In this document: positions 1 through 7,594 of the stretch, piece after piece
Layout of the letters: every line of letters begins with the position of its first letter
Numbering within the stretch: position 1 is the stretch's first letter
Assembly (NCBI GenBank): GCA_048938385.1
Contig: JBHLMG010000039.1
Location: 1-10,220, forward strand
DNA: 10,220 bases
Origin: Promethearchaeota archaeon
Lineage (GTDB): Archaea; Asgardarchaeota; Hermodarchaeia; Hermodarchaeales; Hermodarchaeaceae
Direction: 5' to 3'
Made by a program: the position numbers and the translations under genes
Notes under the pieces: model-generated
Databases searched by the model: none
Told to the model about the DNA's origin: nothing
What the model saw: the letters and a program-made list of their open reading frames with translations, nothing else

Positions 1-3000
1 AGATCGATGATATGATCAGCAGCTTGTATTATCATGGGGTCATGTTCGACAACAATAACAGTATTCCCTTCATCTCGGAGTTCTTGAAGCGCATCGCGTA
101 AAGCTTCAAGTTCAGTAGGATGCATGCCACGGGAGGGCTCATCAACGAGAATTGTTAAAGAATTTAGGCCACTACCAAGTAAGCTGGCTAGCTGGACGCG
201 TTGAGCTTCGCCTGCAGAGAGGGTTCCTGTTGGGCGGTGCAAGTGCAGGTACCCAATCCCGACCAGGCGAAGGAACCGTAATCGTTTTTGAATGACCTTC
301 AGGCTGGTTTCAACGAGAGAAGTTGTTTTTTCTGGTGCTTTTACTGTCTTGAGAAGGGCTTCTAGTTGTGTTAAGGGTGATACATTCAATTCGTAGATGT
401 TTTTGCCCTGTAGGGTTACTGCGAGAAATTCTGGACGCAATCCTGAGCCTTCACATTCGGGGCAGACAATCCTGTTGGTGTAAGTGCCATGAATATCCCA
501 ATTGAAAATCCAGCTGTCTTCGCGATAGAATCCACGCCAGGTCCACTTAGTCTTCCGTTCCTTGCCCTTTAATCGACCGGTAGATTTGCTAATGTATGTA
601 AACTGGTAAGTATTCCCATCACCCCATAAGAATACGGTACGAGCTTTTTCTGGCATCTCGTTCCAAGGTGTTTTGAATGGGTCGAAGCCATAGCGTTTTC
701 CTAGTTCCGGAATGATGGGTTGATCCTTACACAGATATGTTTTAGGCCAATATCCGGGGGAATACATGGCTCCCGCACATAGGGGTTTGTCTGGCTGAAC
801 GATTAGCTTCTCAGGTTGGGCTTCGTGTAAGAAACCTAGACCACTACACTTTGGACAGGAGCTTGTCCAGTGGTTGCCTGCAAAATGTCGAGGTAGCGCT
901 ATCGGCGCGACCGCCCTGCATTCAGGACAATTCCAGTGGTCTCCTCGTTGCATCGTAGTGCCACATTCAAGGCATTTACGAGTTCCTAATGCTGCCAGAA
1001 CATTCGCAAGGTGAAATGATAATTCTGAAATCGTCCCTACGGTGTTTCTTCGTGTGAACTGTGGTAGAGTAGACCAGCGATGGACAACCTCGTCTTTAAG
1101 GGTCAAAGTGACTCCCAGACCTGAAATCGAGTCAACAGGAGCCTCAGCGCTTTCTCGCGTTCCTTGCCGTTCATACATAGATAGCGTTTCTAAATAGCGC
1201 CGGCGTGCTTCAGTTTCTAAAACATCGCGCACCAGACTTGATTTTCCAGAGCCTGAGACGCCTGTTACTACCGTTAAGGTGTTCTTGGGAATCGTCACAT
1301 TGATGCCTTTCAGGTTATTTGCTCGGGCGTTACGAATATCAATAAATGGACGCGTCTTGGACTCTGTAGGGACCGCTAATGTATGGGGTTGAATGGTGCG
1401 TTCATCCTGCAAAGCACGACAGGTCGCGGAGCCTGTCATATTGGTTAATCCGTCTGGTGGACCTGTGTATAGGAGTTTTCCGCCCTTTGGACCTGCTCCT
1501 GGTCCCAAATCGATGATCCAATCAGCTGTGCGAATGAAATCTAAGTTGTGTTCGACAACGATGATCGTAGCACCATGTTGAACAAGCCGATTTAACACCA
1601 CCAGAAGACCCTCTAGGTCGTGAGGATGTAATCCCGTTGAGGGTTCGTCCAGTACGACAAGCTGGTTGGTGAGTTTATTGCGACCCAGAAATTTTGTTAA
1701 CTTGACACGCTGTGCTTCGCCCCCTGAAAGGGTAGGAGAGGGCTGTCCAAGTTCGAGGTATCCTAACCCCACATCATTCAAAGCCTGTAAAATTCTTTTT
1801 GCGGCATTTCGCTGGGCTGGTGATAGCCAGGGAGTTTTGGAGATCAGTGGTTCAATTTCCTTAATTGGTGTTGCATAAAAATCAGCGATAGTTAAGGATT
1901 GGTTTCCAAATTCGACAGGGGCAGTCAGGACTTTCGGGTTGAATCGTTTTCCTTCACAATCATTACAGGGAATCCAAATGGAGGGCAAAAACCGCATCTT
2001 GACTTCGGTTGCCCCAATACCTTTACAGCTAGGGCAAGCACCTTCTGGACGGTTAAAAGAGAAGTGGGATTTAGATAATCTCGTTGCAGCAGCGTACATG
2101 TCTCTTATGATGTCTGATAACTTAGTGTAAGTTGCAGGATTAGACCGAGGGTTTCGACCGATTGGACTTTGATCGACTATCATTGGTTGGAGGGGGTTCC
2201 CTTTAATTCCCGCACAACCCACCGCTTTCTTGTTCTTCAAACTCGGAACGATTACATGTTCTACGAGAGTACTTTTCCCTGAACCTGATACACCGGTAAT
2301 AACGGTTAATCGACCCAAAGGAATTGAAACATCTATCCCTTGCAGGTTATGCTGAGAGGCGTTTTGAATAGTGATAAACCGTTCGGGAGGAGGACGCTTT
2401 TTGAGTGTTGGTACGCCTTCCTGGAGGCTGAAATAGCGCCCTGTTATGGTGTTGGCTTGCCATAACTCTGAGGGCGTTCCTTTGAAGATCACTTCACCCC
2501 CTTCTCGACCTGCGCCAGGACCTAGATCGATGGCATGATCTGCGGCCGCCGCCGCAACACGATCATGTTCTACGAAAATCACAGGCCCATTGAGCTCTCG
2601 GAATGCTGGAAGAAAGCGGGCTATATCAGCGGGGTGTTGTCCAATGGTTGGTTCGTCCAGTACATGGAGCATATCCTCAAGGCGACTTGATAAGGAAATC
2701 GCGAGTCGTACTCGTTGTGATTCGCCTCGAGATAGAGTGGTGGCGGGTCGGTTCAAAGTAAGGTAACCAAGCCCTACCCGTTCTAGAGCGTTTAGTCGAT
2801 GTTGGATTTCAGAGCATAATCGTTTTGCCGTTGTTGGGAGTGTCACTTCTGAAAACAGGTGCTGCGCCTCTTCCACTGATAACGAAAGAAGTTCGGGTAG
2901 ACGCATTCCCTCCCAACGAACGGACGCCGCTTGGGGATGCATTCCAGTTTGATTACAGCGTTCACAGCCTCTCCCTTTACAATAGGGGCAGTTCTGGTTG

Positions 3001-3770
3001 AAATGAGTAGCCCGTAACTCTCGCAATCCAACTCCACAGGCTACGCAAGAAAGGGCCGTGGTAAAGACAGCGTTCACCTTATCCCCCTTTACACGAACCC
3101 TACCTGCCCCTAGCGCTGTGGTTGCCTGGACGAATCCACGGATCTGTTTTATCGACTTAGATTTGTCCAGAATGCCTATTTCTACTTCAATGGCATGACC
3201 TGCGGTTGGGTCAAGAACCTGACCATTCCACACTCTCCCATCCACTAGTATCCGCTGTTTTCCAAATTCACTTACTAAGGCACTAAGGAGCGTGCTGTGA
3301 CTTCCCTGGACATTTTGCATCAAAGGCGCATAGATGCGAAAGGACTCCTCTTTTGACCACAAGGCTAGCCGCTCAATGATTTCATCTTCGGTGAGCACGC
3401 TAACGGGTTCGTTACAGGCAAGACAACATCGAGTGCCATAATTCGTGAACAACAAGCGCAAAAAGGGGTGCAATCCCGATGCCGATGCCAGCGTAGATAA
3501 TGGATTACGGTTCAAGAGGTTTTGACCAACGGCAATAGTAGGTCCAAGTCCTATGATCTCCTCGACATTCGCTGGCGCAAGCCGTTGACCACCTCGCCCA
3601 TACAAGAATACATCTAGAAATCGCCGCCGAGCCTCATGGTACAATGTGTCAAAAACCAGTGAAGTTTTACCAGACCCTGAGACTCCCGTCACAACAGTAA
3701 GTCCATCACTAAACTGCACATCGATATTTTTCAGGTTATGCTCGTGCGCACCACGAATGCGAATGTCCAT
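1..3770 (-). CDS. uvrA: Double-length (tandem-duplicated) UvrA-family ABC ATPase, 3' end beyond the window edge (>1256 aa)
   Basis: Manual translation from ATG at 3770 (MDIRIRGAHEHNLKNIDV...) stays in one frame to the edge (...VEHDPMIIQAADHIID). Three Walker A motifs: GVSGSGKT 3686-3663, GVSGSGKS 2294-2271, GVSGSGKS 1262-1239. Three signature/Walker B sets: LSRGE..LDEPTIG, LSGGE..LDEPSTG, LSAGE..VDEPSRG. Other UvrA hallmarks: GLGYL, DLGPGAG (twice), DQSPIGRNPRSNPATY, and the FSFN..CPSC..MRFLP..CNDC zinc finger. A GGAG RBS lies 6 nt upstream. Confidence 0.95.
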   Translation of the reverse strand, partial: MDIRIRGAHEHNLKNIDVQFSDGLTVVTGVSGSGKTSLVFDTLYHEARRRFLDVFLYGRGGQRLAPANVEEIIGLGPTIAVGQNLLNRNPLSTLASASGLHPFLRLLFTNYGTRCCLACNEPVSVLTEDEIIERLALWSKEESFRIYAPLMQNVQGSHSTLLSALVSEFGKQRILVDGRVWNGQVLDPTAGHAIEVEIGILDKSKSIKQIRGFVQATTALGAGRVRVKGDKVNAVFTTALSCVACGVGLRELRATHFNQNCPYCKGRGCERCNQTGMHPQAASVRWEGMRLPELLSLSVEEAQHLFSEVTLPTTAKRLCSEIQHRLNALERVGLGYLTLNRPATTLSRGESQRVRLAISLSSRLEDMLHVLDEPTIGQHPADIARFLPAFRELNGPVIFVEHDRVAAAAADHAIDLGPGAGREGGEVIFKGTPSELWQANTITGRYFSLQEGVPTLKKRPPPERFITIQNASQHNLQGIDVSIPLGRLTVITGVSGSGKSTLVEHVIVPSLKNKKAVGCAGIKGNPLQPMIVDQSPIGRNPRSNPATYTKLSDIIRDMYAAATRLSKSHFSFNRPEGACPSCKGIGATEVKMRFLPSIWIPCNDCEGKRFNPKVLTAPVEFGNQSLTIADFYATPIKEIEPLISKTPWLSPAQRNAAKRILQALNDVGLGYLELGQPSPTLSGGEAQRVKLTKFLGRNKLTNQLVVLDEPSTGLHPHDLEGLLVVLNRLVQHGATIIVVEHNLDFIRTADWIIDLGPGAGPKGGKLLYTGPPDGLTNMTGSATCRALQDERTIQPHTLAVPTESKTRPFIDIRNARANNLKGINVTIPKNTLTVVTGVSGSGKSSLVRDVLETEARRRYLETLSMYERQGTRESAEAPVDSISGLGVTLTLKDEVVHRWSTLPQFTRRNTVGTISELSFHLANVLAALGTRKCLECGTTMQRGDHWNCPECRAVAPIALPRHFAGNHWTSSCPKCSGLGFLHEAQPEKLIVQPDKPLCAGAMYSPGYWPKTYLCKDQPIIPELGKRYGFDPFKTPWNEMPEKARTVFLWGDGNTYQFTYISKSTGRLKGKERKTKWTWRGFYREDSWIFNWDIHGTYTNRIVCPECEGSGLRPEFLAVTLQGKNIYELNVSPLTQLEALLKTVKAPEKTTSLVETSLKVIQKRLRFLRLVGIGYLHLHRPTGTLSAGEAQRVQLASLLGSGLNSLTILVDEPSRGMHPTELEALRDALQELRDEGNTVIVVEHDPMIIQAADHIID

Positions 3771-3776
3771 TGATAT

Positions 3777-3780
3777 CTCC
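3777..3780 (-). promoter_or_regulatory. Shine-Dalgarno site of the uvrA-like gene
   Basis: Minus strand reads aaaGGAGatatcaATG. Confidence 0.75.
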
Positions 3781-3836
3781 TTTGGATAACCGTTCAACCT
3801 TAATTAGGTCTTTCCAGGGTACGAAATTTTCCTTAG

Positions 3837-3844
3837 TTATATAT
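3837..3844. promoter_or_regulatory. Candidate archaeal TATA box in the divergent intergenic region
   Basis: TTATATAT on plus, ATATATAA on minus, about 70 nt upstream of the uvrA ATG. The direction of use cannot be determined from sequence. Confidence 0.4.
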
Positions 3845-4010
3845 GAACGAGCACAGACCAGATTAAAAGTAATCAGTAAGATCATAAAAGCCCGGATGAT
3901 GGGGTAAGTGTTTGTTGCAAACAAAATCAGGTAAGAATTGCTTTAACGGAAATAAAAATAGAGCTGGTTACAAAGCTAGTCATCACACTCGAAACGAGGT
4001 AACCCCTTCA

Positions 4011-5324
4011 ATGTTATCACTGAGTAGCTACAACACGAAACATTGGGTGGGGCCTCTGCTGCTATTACTTGTAACTTTCATTCTTCCTGCCACAACTGCT
4101 CAAGAAATTCGTTGGTTCCACACATTTGGTGGCCCCATCTGGGATCAAGGATACGCCATCGTTGAGGTGAGCTCTGGCGGGTTCGCTATCACTGGTCATA
4201 CTGTTCCTTACTATGGAGCTAACGCTGAATTCTGGCTAGTTCGAACCGACAGTTATGGAAACCTATTATGGTCGCAAAGTTATGGAAGTACTGATGCCAC
4301 TTGGGGACGCACACTGATTGAATGCCGTACAGGTGGGTTTGCCCTGGCTGGCGCAATAGTCGAACCCGGGAATGATTACTGGGATTGTTACATTCTTCGT
4401 ACAGCACCAGATGGAACCCTGCTCTGGAATCAGACTTTCTGGGGATTAAAGCGAGATCGGGCTGAATCCATCATTGAGTGTACTACGGGGGGATATGCAG
4501 TAGTGGGTTATACTGGCTATGTCCACGAAACGGTGTTTCAAAATCGTGATGTGTGGTTCATTCGGCTTGCTGAAGATGGTTCACATCTTTGGAATCATAC
4601 CTTTGGAGGACCTAATCACGATTGGAGTTACCAAGTGATCGAAGTGGACACGGGAGGATTTGCTATTATTGGTCATACGGCCAGTTATGGTGTCGGCGAA
4701 GATGATGTGTGGCTCATCCGTACTGATGCAGATGGTAACCTCCTTTGGAATCGGACTTTTGGGGGACCTGAAGGAGATTGGGGGTGGTCTATCACGGCAT
4801 GTAGTACCGGTGGCTTTGCCATTGCTGGATATACGGAAAATTACGGTCCGGATAACACTAACCTTTGGCTTCTCCGCACTAATGCCACGGGATACGCTCT
4901 ATGGAACCAGACCTACATTAATGGTCAGGCTTACTCGCTCCTTGAAACCCATGACGGCGGTTTTGTTATGACTGGAGTTACCGATACCCACACTGGAATT
5001 GGGTATGATGCCTGTGTCCTTCGAACTAATTCAACAGGCCATCTGGTTTGGAAACAAGTCTTTGGTGGACCACAAAACGATCAAGCCTATCACCTCACCA
5101 CCTGTTCAACCGGTGGATACGCCCTCACAGGCTACACAGAAAGTTTTGGAATCGGTGGACGAAGTATGTGGCTCGTCCGTATTTCCGATGAAGGCCTACC
5201 CTATCCCACAGTAAATCCCCTTAGAGTCGTCGGATGGCTTTTAGTAGTGATTCCCCCTGTTCTGGCTCTTTTTCTAATCATTGGAGTGTTAATTTGGCGA
5301 AAAAGACGCTACAAAACATGCTAG
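4011..5324 (+). CDS. Secreted, C-terminally membrane-anchored protein with 7 beta-propeller-like repeats (437 aa from the ATG at 4011)
   Basis: The ATG at 4011 is preceded by GAGGT (3996-4000) and followed by a signal peptide (KHWVGPLLLLLVTFILPATTAQ). Seven ~50-aa repeats follow, of the form xIxE(C/V/T)xxGG(F/Y)AxxG...DxW(L/F)xRTxxxGxxxWxxT(F/Y)GG. The C-terminal TM helix VVGWLLVVIPPVLALFLIIGVLIW ends in a basic tail, RKRRYK. Confidence 0.88.
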   Translation: MLSLSSYNTKHWVGPLLLLLVTFILPATTAQEIRWFHTFGGPIWDQGYAIVEVSSGGFAITGHTVPYYGANAEFWLVRTDSYGNLLWSQSYGSTDATWGRTLIECRTGGFALAGAIVEPGNDYWDCYILRTAPDGTLLWNQTFWGLKRDRAESIIECTTGGYAVVGYTGYVHETVFQNRDVWFIRLAEDGSHLWNHTFGGPNHDWSYQVIEVDTGGFAIIGHTASYGVGEDDVWLIRTDADGNLLWNRTFGGPEGDWGWSITACSTGGFAIAGYTENYGPDNTNLWLLRTNATGYALWNQTYINGQAYSLLETHDGGFVMTGVTDTHTGIGYDACVLRTNSTGHLVWKQVFGGPQNDQAYHLTTCSTGGYALTGYTESFGIGGRSMWLVRISDEGLPYPTVNPLRVVGWLLVVIPPVLALFLIIGVLIWRKRRYKTC

Positions 5325-5425
5325 CCAGTACTACCTTTTTGTCTGGTTTCAAAACACTAATAATTCCGCGCTCGAAACTACTAAATCAGTCTAATTGCAT
5401 CACATTGCAATTTGAGGGATTTTGA

Positions 5426-6901
5426 TTGGTTTCGATAAAATCTAAAGGGATCTTTTTAGGATTTTGCCTACTCCTCTTTCTCTTATTAAACCACTCAAAC
5501 ATCCAGTCATTTATGACTTCTCCCCTTCGCCTGGTGAATGAAACCTCTGATTTACACTATGTTGAAAGGAGTGCATGGTGTAACCGCGTACCTCCGGTAT
5601 TCCCTGTTGAAAATTATTCAATGTGGTATAATGTCCTCGATGAGTTGTATGGGGGGATGGATATCATCCAGTTGCCCGACAAGGGGTTTATGCTATTAGT
5701 CCAAAGTGGTCTCATTCGAACGGATGCAAATGGAAATTTCCTATGGTATAGAGAACATGAACACGATTTCACTGCTTCTTCCTTCGTTCGATGTGCAAAC
5801 GGGGATTACGCTATCATCGGAAGCAAGGTAGTGTACAATCTTGAAGACTCCAATGGGTCCGCGGTTGTCCTGCGAACGACAGCAGAAGGAACTCCTCTTT
5901 GGAACACCACCTTTGATTCTCCTTACATCGATTGGGGTACATCAATCGTGGAGTGTGGAAATGGTGATTTCCTCGTTACCATCACCTCTGAAAAATACTA
6001 TGAGTGGTCCCAAGGAACCAGTGGGGGTGGGCAGGGATTGGAAAGGTATGCAGTGCATTTACTGCGACTTACCAACGAAGGCACTCCACTCTGGAATTCC
6101 ACATACGGGGAGGGCTATCGACATTACTTCTCCAAGATCATTGCTTGTAATGATGGGAGTTTCGCCATCGTCGGGGGACGCAACATTACTAACCCATTTG
6201 ATATAATTCTACCAGACAATGACATAAGGGATGATATCTGGGTGCTTCGGGTGGATTCAGGCGGAACCATTCTTGGTAACTATATCTACGATATTGGGGA
6301 TTATGATCGCAGCGTTTCCATTGTCGAATCCCAAGCTGGCGGGTTTGCTATCACGGGTCACTCAAATCACGAATATTTCTTGTTGCGGGTTTCTGATGAG
6401 GGTGCCCACCTTTGGCATGAAGTGTATCCCTTATGGCAACAATATCCTTACGATTTAGTTGAATGTCAATCAGGAGGGTACGCTATAATTGGACGGTTTA
6501 GAAGTTATGGTGTGGAACTTCCTCCAAACCTAGTATCACTGAAATGCTGTAATGAATACGATATACGGCTTGTTCGCACAAATGAAACAGGAACCCTTCA
6601 ATGGGATTTCATTTTTGGTGCATATGAACCTGATTATGCTAGAGCTATAGTCGAATGCTCAGACGGTGGCTTCGTCATCACTGGCGACACCTTCATAGAT
6701 GGAACATACCCCGAAGATGGAGGAACCTGGCTGGTATATATCCCGGATGAAGTTCCACCAGAATATCTCCGAAATTGGCCTCCGAAATCGTCACCACCTC
6801 CACCAAATCTCGCTCTCATTACCTTGATAGTGATAGTAACTGCATCATCAATGATTGCTGTCAGTTTTGGTATTTACCGTTGGCGACGCGGAATGAGATA
6901 A
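5426..6901 (+). CDS. Paralogous secreted, membrane-anchored 7-repeat beta-propeller-like protein (491 aa)
   Basis: TTG start with GAGG 8 nt upstream and an N-terminal hydrophobic segment (GIFLGFCLLLFLLL). It has the same repeat type (e.g. SIVESQAGGFAITG, AIVECSDGGFVITG, LWNTTF), a Pro-rich linker PPKSSPPPP, a TM helix and an RWRR tail. Confidence 0.88.
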   Translation: MVSIKSKGIFLGFCLLLFLLLNHSNIQSFMTSPLRLVNETSDLHYVERSAWCNRVPPVFPVENYSMWYNVLDELYGGMDIIQLPDKGFMLLVQSGLIRTDANGNFLWYREHEHDFTASSFVRCANGDYAIIGSKVVYNLEDSNGSAVVLRTTAEGTPLWNTTFDSPYIDWGTSIVECGNGDFLVTITSEKYYEWSQGTSGGGQGLERYAVHLLRLTNEGTPLWNSTYGEGYRHYFSKIIACNDGSFAIVGGRNITNPFDIILPDNDIRDDIWVLRVDSGGTILGNYIYDIGDYDRSVSIVESQAGGFAITGHSNHEYFLLRVSDEGAHLWHEVYPLWQQYPYDLVECQSGGYAIIGRFRSYGVELPPNLVSLKCCNEYDIRLVRTNETGTLQWDFIFGAYEPDYARAIVECSDGGFVITGDTFIDGTYPEDGGTWLVYIPDEVPPEYLRNWPPKSSPPPPNLALITLIVIVTASSMIAVSFGIYRWRRGMR

Positions 6902-7081
6902 AATATGTCAGGTTTTAGACGCTCTGTGCAATAAATTCCTACAGAATATAACACCTCTTCATCTTTTCGGACAACACTGACTCAACACACACTTTGAAAC
7001 CGCCAATGAAGAGAGAGGATTTTAAGAAGTAAAATGCGAGAACTGCAAAAGCCTCTTTGCGGAGAATAAAACACACAACGC

Positions 7082-7089
7082 TTTAAATA
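7082..7089 (+). promoter_or_regulatory. Archaeal TATA box for the 7121 gene
   Basis: TTTAAATA matches the TTTAWATA consensus and ends 31 nt before the ATG at 7121. Confidence 0.6.
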
Positions 7090-7120
7090 GACACCAAGAA
7101 CTTCAGCCCTTGGGGATATC

Positions 7121-7567
7121 ATGTCTGAACATCATTATGTACCACTTGATCAATTAGATACTGAATTGAAAAAACACATTCCCGAAGGTGAAACCATCCA
7201 TTATACTACTCGTGCAGACATCCTCAAACGAGGAATGGGTGCCCATAAAAAAACTGGGTACCTGGCTGTAACAGATTCTGGCATCGCATTTCGGGCAACC
7301 AAAACTGGCGTTTTCGAAATGAGCATCGTCACACTTGCAGCTGGAGCCTTAGAGGGCTTCATACCTTACTCCACGATCCAGAAGTTCGGAAATTACAAAG
7401 ATAAAATACAGGTCAAACATACTCTTGTCGACGATCCCAAGAAGAAGATGGAGTGGTTCTTCAAAGTCGAACGCTGTAAGGATCACGGCGAGGAAAAAGG
7501 TGCCTTTGAGCAACGAAAGAAGGACTTTGGGAAAATCGTTGAACAACTCTACAAAGCTAACAAATAA
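7121..7567 (+). CDS. Hypothetical cytoplasmic protein, possible PH/GRAM-like fold
   Basis: 148-aa ORF with an upstream TATA box and GGGGA before the ATG. The pattern IPEGETI...GYLAVTDSGIAF...FIPYSTI plus a C-terminal amphipathic helix resembles prokaryotic PH-like domains. The CDS is well supported and the fold is tentative. Confidence 0.75.
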   Translation: MSEHHYVPLDQLDTELKKHIPEGETIHYTTRADILKRGMGAHKKTGYLAVTDSGIAFRATKTGVFEMSIVTLAAGALEGFIPYSTIQKFGNYKDKIQVKHTLVDDPKKKMEWFFKVERCKDHGEEKGAFEQRKKDFGKIVEQLYKANK

Positions 7568-7594
7568 TCCTAAATCGAAGTATCAGAAAGAGCG

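Noticed and set aside
1393-3037. Short track ORFs 1393-1581, 1666-1878, 1939-2130 (+) and 2843-3037 (-)
   Set aside because: They are antisense or off-frame shadows of the motif-rich uvrA-like ORF and have no recognisable features.
3781-3860. LexA/SOS box upstream of uvrA
   Set aside because: GTTC and GAAC half-sites occur, but not as GAAC-N4-GTTC, and no CTGT-N8-ACAG is present.
3736-3924. 62-aa minus-strand ORF upstream of and overlapping the uvrA start
   Set aside because: It is out of frame with uvrA, spans the promoter/RBS region and has no motif support.
3912-4010. TTG start at 3912 for the first propeller gene
   Set aside because: It would put 33 polar residues before the signal peptide, whereas the ATG at 4011 has an RBS and gives a normal signal peptide.
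5190-5324. Archaeosortase (PGF-CTERM) sorting signal on the surface proteins
   Set aside because: A TM helix and basic tail are present, but neither protein has a PGF-like motif before the helix.
4100-6740. Periodic sequence similarity as a possible CRISPR array or DNA tandem repeat
   Set aside because: The periodicity is at protein level (~50-aa repeats with diverged codons), with no identical direct repeats or spacers.
4219-6819. Small ORFs nested in the propeller genes, including 5234-5425
   Set aside because: They are alternative-frame or antisense overlaps of well-supported CDSs with no independent evidence.
7003-7045. SECIS-like element (ATGA...AA...GA) or selenocysteine read-through
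   Set aside because: The required helix does not form, and no gene has an in-frame TGA at a Cys-like position. Read-through of the TGA at 7976-7978 hits another TGA after two codons.
6905-7069. Micro-ORFs (8-11 codons) in the intergenic gap
   Set aside because: They are too short, have no clear RBS and are expected by chance.
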